A stretch of DNA of 64,000 nucleotides from Candidatus Latescibacterota bacterium (GTDB lineage Bacteria > Latescibacterota > UBA2968): NCBI GenBank assembly GCA_965220765.1, contig OZ244847.1:3200699-3264698 (forward strand). Reading direction: 5' to 3'. The position numbers and the translations under genes were made by a program. Of the stretch, positions 20,382 through 30,623 are shown piece by piece; positions within the stretch are counted from its first letter, which is position 1, and each line of letters begins with the position of its first letter. Below the pieces are notes generated by a model. That model was not told where the DNA came from and did no database searches. It saw nothing but the letters and a program-made list of their open reading frames with translations.

Positions 20382-20978
20382 ATGCATGTTTATATCGTAT
20401 TCGCTCATCCGAGTAGGCGATCTTTTACGGGTGATGTGCTCGCAGAATTTTGTCGCGGATTGGAGGATGGGGAGCACTCATATGAGATAGGCGATTTGTA
20501 CGAAATGGATTTCAGGACCGATATGAGTTTGGATGAATACAACCGGGAGATGAATGTCCATGGCAATCGTCCTGAATTGCCCGTTCCATCTGATGTGCAG
20601 GCTGAACACGCAAAGATCGAAAAGGCTGATGGGCTGGTGTTCGTATTTCCAGTTTGGTGGAGTGATTGTCCGGCAAAATTGAAGGGATGGTTTGATCGGG
20701 TGTGTGTTTGTGGATATACGTATGTGTATGAGAACGAAGAATACCCGATGTCTGGACTCCAGATTGATAGGGCATTGGTCTTGTGTACTGCAGGTAACAC
20801 CAGCGAGCATCTTGAAGAAATCGGTATCTTAGAGAGTATGCGGCGTATTTATCTCAATGATCGCCTTCGCCCTGAAATAGGCGTGACACAGGCAGATATG
20901 GTTGTGTTGGGAGGCGGAGAAAGCATGAGGCAGAAGAATCTCCTACGAGCCTATCAGTTGGGTAAGGAGTTTTGTTGA
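20382..20978 (+). CDS. NAD(P)H-dependent oxidoreductase, flavodoxin-like fold (NQO/MdaB-type)
   Basis: MHVYIVFAHPSRRSFTGDV... and VFVFPVWWSDCPAKLKGWFDRV are typical of the Flavodoxin_2/NAD(P)H:quinone oxidoreductase family. Confidence 0.7.
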   Translation: MHVYIVFAHPSRRSFTGDVLAEFCRGLEDGEHSYEIGDLYEMDFRTDMSLDEYNREMNVHGNRPELPVPSDVQAEHAKIEKADGLVFVFPVWWSDCPAKLKGWFDRVCVCGYTYVYENEEYPMSGLQIDRALVLCTAGNTSEHLEEIGILESMRRIYLNDRLRPEIGVTQADMVVLGGGESMRQKNLLRAYQLGKEFC

Positions 20979-21084
20979 CGTAATTTCAAACTGTTGTGGT
21001 TTGATCATAGTGTAGATTTTTTTATATTTTAAAAATCAAAGGTAAATTGAAGGCAGGCACACATCCAAAATAGGAGATGGAACG

Positions 21085-22203
21085 ATGGGCCTCAAGATTC
21101 AAAACCTTACATTAAAACATTTTCGCGCATTCCGAGAATTGCGTATTAGTGGTTTGGGCCGTGTGAACCTCATCACAGGAAAAAACAACACCGGAAAGTC
21201 GTCAGTGCTTGAAGCATTACACATTTTCGCGCTTGGCGCAGCACTTGACGTAATTAGCCACGTACTTGAACGGCGCGAAGGAAATATTAAAGTGGAGGGA
21301 GAAGGCCGTGCTGCTGACTTGGACCGTCTGCTTCAAATTTCCACACTGTTCTACGGATTTCCAGAGCCTTCAGACATCGCTGATCCAATCGTCATTTCAA
21401 GCGATAACAATTCCTGTCCTATGCGGTTGACGATACAGGTAGGCTGGTTTTCGGAGGAACGTGACGCCGACGGCAATTTGCGGTTGGTTCCTTTGCAAGC
21501 AGATTCCTTTGACGAGCCAGATGACATCGCAGCATTGGTAGTTGAGTCACAAAATAAAAAAAAGCGAATCCTTGCACTGGAAAGGCTTGAGCGATACTCT
21601 TACCTGAGCAGAATTTCCGCACCTGGTTCCGAAACCCAAATACCCTGCATCTTTGTCAGTCCTTATGATGACCGTACAGCAATATTGGCTCCCTTATGGG
21701 ACAGGATTTCGCTAACAAAATTCGAGAATCATGTCGTTGAGGCTTTGAAAATTATAGAACCACGCATATCTGCTGTCAATATGATATATGATGAAAACAG
21801 TAACATAGGACGCAAAGCGATTGTCCGGATTGAGAATATTGATCGACCTGTACCGCTACGGTTGTTGGGCGACGGCGTGAATCGCCTCCTTGACATAGCC
21901 CTCTCGCTCATCAACGCTCGCGGGGGGCTCTTGTTAATAGATGAATTTGAAAACGGCTTGCATCACACAGTCCAGTACGATGCCTGGAAGACTATATTCC
22001 TCTTGGCCAGGGAACTCGATATACAGGTTTTCGCCACTTCGCACAGTTGGGATGCGGTAGAGGCTTTTCAGCAAGCTGCAGCGGAAACACCTGAAGACGG
22101 AACTCTCGTGCGCCTGACCCGAAGAGGAGAAGAGATCATTCCCACCGTATTCTCGGAAGATGAACTGGCTATAGTGACTCGTAATAGAATCGAGGTGCGC
22201 TGA
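21085..22203 (+). CDS. ABC-type (AAA_21/OLD N-terminal-like) ATPase, candidate defence-system component
   Basis: Walker A motif GKNNTGKS, signature-like LGDGVNRLL, Walker B LLLIDEFENGLH, and H-loop ATSHS. Lower GC than neighbouring genes. AT-rich upstream intergenic region with an RBS AGGAGA. Confidence 0.7.
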   Translation: MGLKIQNLTLKHFRAFRELRISGLGRVNLITGKNNTGKSSVLEALHIFALGAALDVISHVLERREGNIKVEGEGRAADLDRLLQISTLFYGFPEPSDIADPIVISSDNNSCPMRLTIQVGWFSEERDADGNLRLVPLQADSFDEPDDIAALVVESQNKKKRILALERLERYSYLSRISAPGSETQIPCIFVSPYDDRTAILAPLWDRISLTKFENHVVEALKIIEPRISAVNMIYDENSNIGRKAIVRIENIDRPVPLRLLGDGVNRLLDIALSLINARGGLLLIDEFENGLHHTVQYDAWKTIFLLARELDIQVFATSHSWDAVEAFQQAAAETPEDGTLVRLTRRGEEIIPTVFSEDELAIVTRNRIEVR

Positions 22204-22204
22204 T

Positions 22205-22834
22205 ATGGCTGTCCGAAAGAAACTTTTGGTGGAAGGCAAGGACGACGAGCATGTTTTGAAACACATTTGCGGGACTTGTGACGTTGGCCACCTTGACGAG
22301 GTGAAAAATCTTGGCAACGTTGAAGAACTGCTTGTAAGCATACCTACTGAGCTTAAAGGAAGTGACCTGGAAGCTGTTGGTGTGATTGTAGATGCTGATA
22401 CCGATATGAATAGCCGTTGGCAATCGATTCGCGACCAAATCATCAGTGTTGGATACCAGAGTGTGCCAATACAACCGGTTGCGGACGGAACCATCCTTGA
22501 TCCGCCCGAGGGAACCCTGTTACCAAAAGTGGGTATTTGGATTATGCCGGATAACCGAACAGACGGAATCTTGGAGGATTTTCTACGCTTTCTCGTCCGT
22601 CCACCAAACGATCTGTTCGACCATGTAGAGGCAAGCGTTGCGACTATACCACAAAAATTGCAGCGTTTCAAAGACCTGGATAAGATCAAGGCGGTTATAC
22701 ATACCTGGCTTGCATGGCAAGAAGATCCAGGCAAACCCTACGGCACCGCTATTACCGCTGGCTTCCTTGATCCGAACATCGCTGAGGTAGATGTTCTCGT
22801 CTCTTGGTTGAAGCGATTATTTTTTTCAAGCTAA
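22205..22834 (+). CDS. Small TOPRIM-fold protein (DUF4276/DUF3226/RloB-like), probable nuclease partner of the upstream ATPase
   Basis: Starts 2 nt after the ATPase stop. N-terminal LLVEGKDDEHVL supplies the Toprim glutamate, and VGVIVDADTDM supplies the DxD motif. 209 aa. Confidence 0.5.
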   Translation: MAVRKKLLVEGKDDEHVLKHICGTCDVGHLDEVKNLGNVEELLVSIPTELKGSDLEAVGVIVDADTDMNSRWQSIRDQIISVGYQSVPIQPVADGTILDPPEGTLLPKVGIWIMPDNRTDGILEDFLRFLVRPPNDLFDHVEASVATIPQKLQRFKDLDKIKAVIHTWLAWQEDPGKPYGTAITAGFLDPNIAEVDVLVSWLKRLFFSS

Positions 22835-22863
22835 GTATAACGATATTGTTTTAACCATTTAAC

Positions 22864-22899
22864 CCCACAAGATCAACCGATTTTGTGGGACTTTTTTTT
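22864..22899 (+). terminator. Rho-independent terminator closing the ATPase-TOPRIM cassette
   Basis: CCCACAA-loop-TTGTGGG hairpin followed by a run of 9 T. Confidence 0.6.
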
Positions 22900-23016
22900 A
22901 TTGTTGCTAAACTATTTTATTTGAAAAACATTTGGTGTGTTTGGCTGGGCGTTGTATTATTTAAAAATGAATATGTGATAGGTAATGCTAAATTAACAAC
23001 TAAAAAGGCATAGTCC

Positions 23017-24432
23017 ATGCGCAGAGCGAAAATAGTGAGTACACTTGGACCTGCGAGTTCGTCGGAGCGCGTGATAGAGCAACTGATTGGGGCGGGGGTG
23101 GATGTTTTTCGGCTCAATTTTTCACACGGGACACGAGAGGAACACACGGAGAATGTTGGGCGCATTCGGCAGATTGCGGACAACATGCAGCGCAGTGTCG
23201 CGATTTTACAGGATTTGCAGGGTCCTAAAATGCGGGTGGGGAAACTCGCGGAGGATCCGATTGAGTTGGAAGAAGGCAACAGGCTGACGGTGACAACTCG
23301 CGAAGTTCCGGGTAATGCAGCGTGTGTATCGACAACTTATGCGGGATTGCCCCGAGATGTGAAGCCCGCGGATCGCATTTTGCTCGATGACGGACATATT
23401 GAGTTAATGGTGCGAGAAGTCTATCGTTCGGATGTCGTGTGTGAGGTTGTGGTGGGGGGGCTGTTAAAATCCAACAAGGGCATCAATTTGCCCGGTGTAC
23501 AGGTCAGCGCGCCTTCTCTGACGACCAAAGATCGAGAGGACCTGGATCTGGGTATCGAATTGGGCGTGGATTATATTGCGCTGTCTTTTGTGCGGGAACC
23601 CGACGATGTGCGAGAGGTCCAACATATTATTGAACGGGCAGAGAAAGAGATCCCCGTTATTGCAAAGCTGGAACGCGCCGAAGCCGTCGATCACCTCGAA
23701 GATATCCTCGATGTTGCCGATGGCGTAATGGTTGCACGGGGCGATCTGGGCGTAGAATTATCACCTGAAGACGTGCCAGTGATCCAGAAGCGTGTGATTT
23801 CGGCGGCCAACCGCGCGGGAGTGTTTGTGATTACGGCTACGCAGATGCTGGAATCGATGACCGATCATCCGCGGCCTACGCGCGCCGAGGCATCAGATGT
23901 GGCCAATGCGATTTTTGACGGCACCGATGCGGTGATGCTGTCTGGCGAGACCGCGATAGGCAAATATCCCCTTCAAACCGTGCAAATGATGGCACGGATT
24001 ATTGAGAAGGCCGAAGCGAGTGTAGAATTGGGGCCGCCAATTTTAAATCTGGATTCTTCGCTTTCTTTTCCAGATGCGATTGGGCAAGCTGCCGCTGCGG
24101 TATCGACGGCGGTATCCCCCAAAGCCATTGTCGCATTTACCCAATCGGGATCTACAGCGCGTCTGATTTCAAAACGCAGACCGCGTACGCCGATTATTGC
24201 GTTTACGCCCAGTGCGCGGATATGTCGGCGGTTGTGCTTGTGCTGGGGCGTTGAACCTCGTCAAATTACGTTGATCGACGATACGGATCGCATGGTAGCG
24301 GAAGTTGAAGCGCGTTTGCTCTCTGAGGGCAATGTGCGTTTTGGAGATACGCTGGTGATTCTGGCCGGTGCGCCCATCACGGCGCGGGCCGAGACCAATT
24401 TGCTAAAATTGCATCGGGTTGGAGAAATATAG
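23017..24432 (+). CDS. pyk: Pyruvate kinase
   Basis: MRRAKIVSTLGPASSS...FRLNFSHGT, with full-length homology to pyruvate kinase (471 aa). Confidence 0.9.
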   Translation: MRRAKIVSTLGPASSSERVIEQLIGAGVDVFRLNFSHGTREEHTENVGRIRQIADNMQRSVAILQDLQGPKMRVGKLAEDPIELEEGNRLTVTTREVPGNAACVSTTYAGLPRDVKPADRILLDDGHIELMVREVYRSDVVCEVVVGGLLKSNKGINLPGVQVSAPSLTTKDREDLDLGIELGVDYIALSFVREPDDVREVQHIIERAEKEIPVIAKLERAEAVDHLEDILDVADGVMVARGDLGVELSPEDVPVIQKRVISAANRAGVFVITATQMLESMTDHPRPTRAEASDVANAIFDGTDAVMLSGETAIGKYPLQTVQMMARIIEKAEASVELGPPILNLDSSLSFPDAIGQAAAAVSTAVSPKAIVAFTQSGSTARLISKRRPRTPIIAFTPSARICRRLCLCWGVEPRQITLIDDTDRMVAEVEARLLSEGNVRFGDTLVILAGAPITARAETNLLKLHRVGEI

Positions 24433-24577
24433 ATCTCATGGATGAAAAATTGGTAGAAAACGCAGAAACCCGTGCACAGGCATTGCTGGAAGTGTCGAAA
24501 TTTTTTGTAATACTGGTACCGAGCATCTCGACGTCATTTTCTCCCCGAATATAATTCTCATTACCTATTGTGACAGA

Positions 24578-26353
24578 ATGAATTACATTTATTGCCTAAA
24601 GGTCCTCTTTGCCAGATTGAGGACCTGTTTTATACTGATCGCTCTGATAGCTGTTGTGCCGGCTCATGGGGAAACTTTATCTGATGACCCCATTGTGAGA
24701 TGGCTGCACATTTCGGGGCATCAAGCGATTTGGGGAGGAGAACTGAAAGCGTTGATGGTCACGCACGCCTCGCCGTGGTACGATTTTTTGCCCCTGGTCC
24801 ATGCGCGCAGATACGATCCTTTGACTCTTGTATCTGATCTGGAAAAATTGCGAGCATATTACCGCGATCGGGGATATTTGGCAGTATCGGTGCATTCGAC
24901 CGTTGAGCAACTTAGCGCAGATGAGATTGGGCTGGAAATACATATTGCAGAGGGACCTTTGACGCGGATTTCCAGGGTGTCAGTAATCGGCGGTGAAGAT
25001 ATCGAGAACGCTTTTGGACAGCTCGATGGCAAGCCGCTATCGAGCGATCTCGTGAACAAGGGCGTGTCACAGGTCGTAAGCGAGTTGCGGAACAAAGGCT
25101 ATGCGTTTGCGCGTGCTGAGGTCGAGACGACGACTGTCGGGCAACAGGCCGAACTCGTTCTAAAACTTGTACCTGGCCCTGTATGTAGCGTGGGCGTTGT
25201 GCAAATATCGGGGCACAAAGCCATGGCGGAAAATACCATCTTGCGCGGTCTCACATTTAAGGCGGGCGATCAATTTAGCGAAGAGGCATTACAAAACAGC
25301 CAGTACCTGCTCTATCGTGCGGGCGTGTTTCGGTCTGTGGCGTTGGGATTGGCAGATAGCGTGGCGCACGACAACCGGGTGGATGTAGCTTTGCGCGTGT
25401 CCGAACGCCCTTTTCGCACGTTGCGCGTGGGCACGGGATACGACACGGATGAAGACTTGTGGGCCTCGGGCGCGTGGACGCATCGCAATTTTGGGGGAGA
25501 CTTCCGTCAGTTTAAGCTGTCTGGACGCGTTTCAGGAAAGAACAGAGAAGCGGTTATCGGCCTGCGGCAGGCGCATTTCAGGGGCAGTCGCAATTGGCTG
25601 AATATCGGTGGGTTTGTACAGCGTGAACGGCAGGCGACATTTGTCCAAGAAGAGCTGGGGAGCAATATATCTCTCGAGAGAAATCTTACGAGGGCCACAG
25701 ATGTAATCGCTCAGTTCAGCAGTGGCGTGGTAGATTTTTCAGCCGATAGCGCGTTTGCCGAAATGAAGGTTGGATTGCTCATGGACACGCGCGACGATAT
25801 TTTTGATCCGCAATCGGGGATGCTCGCACAATTCACCCTGCGCGAACGCGGGCGATTTCTCCGGTCCGATGGCGAATTTTTGCAGGCGACGGCAGAGGGG
25901 CGATGGTTCCACCGCATGCCTTTGCGAAGTGTGCTGGCACTGCGCGTGCAGGGCGGTATAATTTTTGAACTGGGCAAGGCGGGCGGCGTGCCCAATGTCG
26001 AGCGGTTTTTTGCAGGAGGACTCAATAGTGTGAGAGGATGGGGATTGGATGAATTGGGCCCCAAAAACCATCAGGGCGAGCCAACGGGCGGTTTGAGCCG
26101 TATGGAAATGAGCATGGAGATTAGAACGCAGATATTTTTTTCGATAGGTACAGCCGTTTTTGTAGATGTGGGCAATGTCGATGCGAAATCGGGGGCGTTT
26201 AACCCCGAATCGCTCAAGTACGCTGTAGGCGCAGGGCTTCGGTATTTGAGTCCGGTTGGCCCTGTGAGATTTGATGTGGGATACCGCTTGTCAGATGATA
26301 GTACTGTGGAGAAACGCATTCAGTATCACATCAGTTTGGGACAGGCGTTTTGA
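24578..26353 (+). CDS. tamA: Omp85-family outer membrane protein, TamA-like (translocation and assembly module)
   Basis: Signal peptide, POTRA-like repeats, and a C-terminal 16-strand barrel domain ending in an aromatic residue. 591 aa and directly followed by a TamB-like gene. Confidence 0.7.
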   Translation: MNYIYCLKVLFARLRTCFILIALIAVVPAHGETLSDDPIVRWLHISGHQAIWGGELKALMVTHASPWYDFLPLVHARRYDPLTLVSDLEKLRAYYRDRGYLAVSVHSTVEQLSADEIGLEIHIAEGPLTRISRVSVIGGEDIENAFGQLDGKPLSSDLVNKGVSQVVSELRNKGYAFARAEVETTTVGQQAELVLKLVPGPVCSVGVVQISGHKAMAENTILRGLTFKAGDQFSEEALQNSQYLLYRAGVFRSVALGLADSVAHDNRVDVALRVSERPFRTLRVGTGYDTDEDLWASGAWTHRNFGGDFRQFKLSGRVSGKNREAVIGLRQAHFRGSRNWLNIGGFVQRERQATFVQEELGSNISLERNLTRATDVIAQFSSGVVDFSADSAFAEMKVGLLMDTRDDIFDPQSGMLAQFTLRERGRFLRSDGEFLQATAEGRWFHRMPLRSVLALRVQGGIIFELGKAGGVPNVERFFAGGLNSVRGWGLDELGPKNHQGEPTGGLSRMEMSMEIRTQIFFSIGTAVFVDVGNVDAKSGAFNPESLKYAVGAGLRYLSPVGPVRFDVGYRLSDDSTVEKRIQYHISLGQAF

Positions 26354-26409
26354 ATCCACAGGTATGCCCCTGTGAAAACAGGGATGAACGCAGATAAGGA
26401 CTATTTAAC

Positions 26410-29400
26410 ATGAACAGGCGAGCGAAATCAATAATCTGGATTCTGGTCGGCGCTGGCATTCTGCTGTCAATAGGGGCGATACTCGTCACGGGGGGCTATG
26501 CCAATGGCATTTTGCGCGATTTGGCGCAGCGCGCCCTGTCCCGGCAAGGGGATGAGGTCGGTCTGATTGGTGAGATTCAGGGCAATCCGCTGGGTGATTG
26601 TCGCATCGTTGATGTGCAGATCGGAGATAGGGCGCGGGTGGATACGCTCGATGTGACGTACAGTTTTTGGAACCTGCTTACAGGAAAAGTTGTGATTCAT
26701 CGGCTGCGGTTGTCGGGAATCGAGATGCGACTTGATGCTTCTGATGAAGAGACCGAGACGTCGATATGGGATGCTCCTCCCCCCCTGGATTTAGATATCG
26801 AGTCGCTGGAGATTGCGGATGCCAATGTCCTGGTTGATGGTACACAGGTGCGCGATATCGCGATAGAGGGTGCTATTTTCGCGGGAGAATCTGAGTATCG
26901 TTTGATCCTGGAGCGTTTTCGTTCGGTGCAATTCGATCCGCCACTGGAGGTGACCAATCTATCTGGTATTGCCATTTTACAGGCCGGTCACTTGCGACTG
27001 AACGACGTGGCGTTGCACACTCACGGCTCTCGCATTTTGCTGCGCGGCAGGGTTTGGCAATTGGATAATCCCGAGGTGGATCTCGTAGTGGAAGCCGATT
27101 CTCTATGGCTGGCAGATCTCAGGCCCCTGATCGATCTACCCACACGCACTATGCAGATGCGTGGAAGAGTGAAAGGTAGCCTGCAATCCCTTGTTACAGA
27201 ATTAGTTGTGAAAGATAAAGAAGCTTCAATTGCGTTTAATGGCGTCATGGGGATTGCGCCGTTTACAGTGCGGGGAGATGCGATTTTTGAGATCGAGACC
27301 AATGATCTCATCTCGTTGGGATACACAGGATCTGATACTGATTTACCCCGTATCAGTACAAGCCTGGACGGGGTGATTTCTTTCGCAGTGGATTCCTCTG
27401 GCGTGGAGAGTGCCATTGCCAAGGGTGTTTTTCGGCGGGTGCAGTTTGGAGATGCGCGATTCGATTCCGTGCGTTTTGCCGTCAATTTGGCAAATGACCT
27501 GTTGCAAACGCAAGTCACCGCTAATGGACCAAGTGGCAATATAGTGGGCAATGGAGAAGCGCGGTTGACCACCTGGAATGGCGAATGGGAAATGCGATTT
27601 CGCGATCTATATGCTAATCATTTACCCGGTGTACCCAAAAAAGTCGGGCGGACGACGGGGCGTATTGATGGTGCGAGATATGTAGATCAACGGTTTTTTA
27701 TCGATCATTTTGAGACACAATTACAGGATTGGGGAACGCGCGTCAATGGAAATGGGCAATTGCATTTTGAAGGAGACAAACCGGCTATTGCGGGGAATAT
27801 CCAGGCGGAGGTCGCGTTACCTCGTTTGACAGACACAGACAGGTGGGGGACATTGCTGACTCTTGAGGGCAATGTAAATGGCATCTCGGGTGGCGATTTG
27901 ACTGTTGAATTGGCGGGGAATATTGCGGGGAATGCTGCGGCAGACAGTTTTAGCGTTTCTGCGCTGGTCAATTCTGAAGGGAGGTCTGATATTCGCGCTG
28001 GTCTGTCGGGCACAGGTGGAGTATTTTCCGCTCAGGGGCATATTGATCGGCATTCTGAGGGCCAATGGCGAATGGATGTACAGGATTTAGAGGCGATAGG
28101 TGAGGTGATTGATGTGGATTTATCGGGGACGTTGGATCTATCGGGCACCTGGTCGGGGACGCTGGATGCGCCCGGTTTTTCTGCACAAGGTGGCGCGGAT
28201 AGCCTTGTGGTTGAGGGTATTCCGCTTCAAAATGTTGCAATTGAGACTCAATGGACGCGCCCAGATTCGGGAGCTATTAACCTGCAAGTGGATCGCTTGA
28301 CCTGGGGTGAACGGGCGTTGCAGGCGGTTTTTTTTAATGCTATGTACAATCGTGGCGAGACATCATTTTTGTTAGGTAGCGGCGAGCAGGTAGATAACCA
28401 TGTGCTTTTTCGGGGGCGCGCAGGGCAAGAAGAAGACCTATTCCAGGTGGCGATGGATTCGCTATACGTTAAGGTTGATCAGGTGGTGCTGCATAACGAG
28501 GGACCCGTGCAATTCGCGTATTCGTCATCTCGCGGCGTCCACATTGAACATCTGGTGCTTTCTGGGCCAGCGGGGCGTCTGGTCGCGCGGGATCAACAGG
28601 GCTTTCAGGCGACCGTAGAGGTGTTGTTGAAAGATCTGGACTTGCGGACCTGGGCATTTCTGGCGGGTGCTTCAGATATGGGGGGTATTCTCAATGGTGA
28701 AGTACTTTTTGCTGGCACATTGACCGATCCTCTTATTTTTATTCAATTCACTCTTGCAAAGGGCAAAATATCGAGCGTGGAGTTCGATAGTGCCACAGGA
28801 GAGATGTCTCTGGGCAATGATAGGATACATTTTGAGGTGAAAGTCGTACCTGATAGAGATGAAGCTCTGACACTGATTGGCAGTTTTCCCATTACAGGTA
28901 CAGGTGATATGCATCTACGCGCTCAGTCTGAGGGGATCGCGTTGAAGACACGCCAGAACACAGTGGATGAAAAAACGAAATTGGTCGGGCGAAAAATATC
29001 CGAGAGATTGAGATTTGGCACAGTGCCAAACGCGTTTTTCGATGTGGATGAGGGAATTTCTGGGATGTTATCTTTCGATCTGGAAGGACGCGGCCGTTTT
29101 GAGCAACCGGATATCCGAGGGGTAATCGAAATTCGAGATGGGACGTTCCACATGCCCGATCTACATCGGTCTTACACACCTGTTTCAGGGCGTGCTGTGT
29201 TTGGCGACGGGAAAATTCAGATTGACAGTCTTGCGATTGGGAATTCGGCGAATCTTTCTGGCGATATAACGCTTGAGGGTTTTTTGCCGATCAGATGGAA
29301 TTTATCTGCACAATTTCGCGATTTTGAACCGGTTGCTCGCCCCGAATTACAAATCGTAACAGATGGACAATTGCAGATTGAGGGAACGCCGCAGGGCAAC

Positions 29401-30276
29401 AATGTTAAGGGCAAGTTGGCGATGAAACAGGCTGAGATTCGCCTGGCGGAATTGCTTGGAGTACCGAGCCTGACGACGAAACAGGCAGATATTCGCTTGA
29501 CGGAATTGTTCGATGAATCGGGTACAGAGATGCCACCATTTCTGATGGCTCCGGAAATACGCCTGCAAGTGTCTGCTGACAGACAGGTGTGGTTGCGCGA
29601 CCCGGTCTTTGAGGTGGAAATTGGGGGTGATCTGGATATAATAAAAAATCGCGAAGATTCGCGTATTTACGGCGCGATGTCGAGCCGCCGGGGCAATTAC
29701 ATCTGGCAAAACCACCGCTTGCGTATTACACAGGGCGAGGTTCAATTTCAGGGCAGGCCCGACTGGAACCCCGATCTGGATATTCGCGCCGAGACGCGTG
29801 TGCGCGCTGTGGATACGGGGCCTGTCGATATTATTGTCACAGTGGGGGGGACATTGACATATCCGCAGATTTCGTTTGACAGCAGCGATCCGTCATTTGG
29901 AGGGGATGTGAGGGATATTGCATCTCTATTGTTGACTGGCAGACCCGCTGACCAATTTAAGTTTTCTCGCGAGCACACCCTGGATCTGTTTGCGGGGGTT
30001 GTTGCAAATCGCCTGGGGCGGCATATTGGGCAAAAATTACATCTGGATGTGGTGGAGATCGACTTTGGCGAGGGCAGTATCTCCAGGATTCGATTGGGCA
30101 AGTATATTGGAGACAGGTTATTCATGAGTTATGCAAAGGATATTTCGACCACGGCTTATGAAGCGGCAATGGAGTTTGAAGTATTGTCAGGGCTGACATT
30201 GGAAGCGAGTCAGATAGAAGAGGATAATCGACGCAGACGAGGATCGGTAGGGTTATTCTGGAAAAAAGAGTGGTGA
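26410..30276 (+). CDS. tamB: TamB-like translocation and assembly module protein (AsmA-like with DUF490 C-terminus)
   Basis: 1288 aa with an N-terminal TM anchor, long repetitive beta-rich periplasmic span, and a conserved DUF490-type C-terminus. Genomic pairing with tamA. Confidence 0.7.
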   Translation: MNRRAKSIIWILVGAGILLSIGAILVTGGYANGILRDLAQRALSRQGDEVGLIGEIQGNPLGDCRIVDVQIGDRARVDTLDVTYSFWNLLTGKVVIHRLRLSGIEMRLDASDEETETSIWDAPPPLDLDIESLEIADANVLVDGTQVRDIAIEGAIFAGESEYRLILERFRSVQFDPPLEVTNLSGIAILQAGHLRLNDVALHTHGSRILLRGRVWQLDNPEVDLVVEADSLWLADLRPLIDLPTRTMQMRGRVKGSLQSLVTELVVKDKEASIAFNGVMGIAPFTVRGDAIFEIETNDLISLGYTGSDTDLPRISTSLDGVISFAVDSSGVESAIAKGVFRRVQFGDARFDSVRFAVNLANDLLQTQVTANGPSGNIVGNGEARLTTWNGEWEMRFRDLYANHLPGVPKKVGRTTGRIDGARYVDQRFFIDHFETQLQDWGTRVNGNGQLHFEGDKPAIAGNIQAEVALPRLTDTDRWGTLLTLEGNVNGISGGDLTVELAGNIAGNAAADSFSVSALVNSEGRSDIRAGLSGTGGVFSAQGHIDRHSEGQWRMDVQDLEAIGEVIDVDLSGTLDLSGTWSGTLDAPGFSAQGGADSLVVEGIPLQNVAIETQWTRPDSGAINLQVDRLTWGERALQAVFFNAMYNRGETSFLLGSGEQVDNHVLFRGRAGQEEDLFQVAMDSLYVKVDQVVLHNEGPVQFAYSSSRGVHIEHLVLSGPAGRLVARDQQGFQATVEVLLKDLDLRTWAFLAGASDMGGILNGEVLFAGTLTDPLIFIQFTLAKGKISSVEFDSATGEMSLGNDRIHFEVKVVPDRDEALTLIGSFPITGTGDMHLRAQSEGIALKTRQNTVDEKTKLVGRKISERLRFGTVPNAFFDVDEGISGMLSFDLEGRGRFEQPDIRGVIEIRDGTFHMPDLHRSYTPVSGRAVFGDGKIQIDSLAIGNSANLSGDITLEGFLPIRWNLSAQFRDFEPVARPELQIVTDGQLQIEGTPQGNNVKGKLAMKQAEIRLAELLGVPSLTTKQADIRLTELFDESGTEMPPFLMAPEIRLQVSADRQVWLRDPVFEVEIGGDLDIIKNREDSRIYGAMSSRRGNYIWQNHRLRITQGEVQFQGRPDWNPDLDIRAETRVRAVDTGPVDIIVTVGGTLTYPQISFDSSDPSFGGDVRDIASLLLTGRPADQFKFSREHTLDLFAGVVANRLGRHIGQKLHLDVVEIDFGEGSISRIRLGKYIGDRLFMSYAKDISTTAYEAAMEFEVLSGLTLEASQIEEDNRRRRGSVGLFWKKEW

Positions 30277-30332
30277 GAAAAAAACGAAATAACAACGGTT
30301 GACAATATTATCCTATAAGATTAGTTTTTTGT

Positions 30333-30614
30333 ATGATCAGGACATTTAAGGATAAAGAGGCTGAAAAAATATTTAAGGGTCATTTTTCCAAAAAATTGCC
30401 ACAGAATATTCAGCACATTGCTGAACGCAAATTGATTTTACTTCACCAATCGACAAATTTAAACGATTTGCGTGTACCACCATCTAATCGTTTAGAGGCT
30501 TTGAAAGGCAATCGAAGAGGACAGCACAGTATTCGCATAAATGATCAGTGGCGAATTTGTTTTGAATGGAATGAGGATGGTGTTTATGCTGTTGAAATCG
30601 TCGATTATCATTGA
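30333..30614 (+). CDS. higB: HigB-family type II toxin (RelE/ParE superfamily, plasmid-maintenance killer type)
   Basis: 93 aa MIRTFKDKEAEKIFKG...RLEALKGNRRGQHSIRINDQWRICFEW matches the HigB-like toxin consensus. Followed 9 nt later by the antitoxin. Confidence 0.8.
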   Translation: MIRTFKDKEAEKIFKGHFSKKLPQNIQHIAERKLILLHQSTNLNDLRVPPSNRLEALKGNRRGQHSIRINDQWRICFEWNEDGVYAVEIVDYH

Positions 30615-30623
30615 GGTGCTATT

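Noticed and set aside
21934-22734. 266-aa minus-strand ORF spanning the ATPase/TOPRIM gene junction
   Set aside because: It is antisense to two genes with clear motifs and has a Ser/Arg-rich low-complexity translation. There is no RBS.
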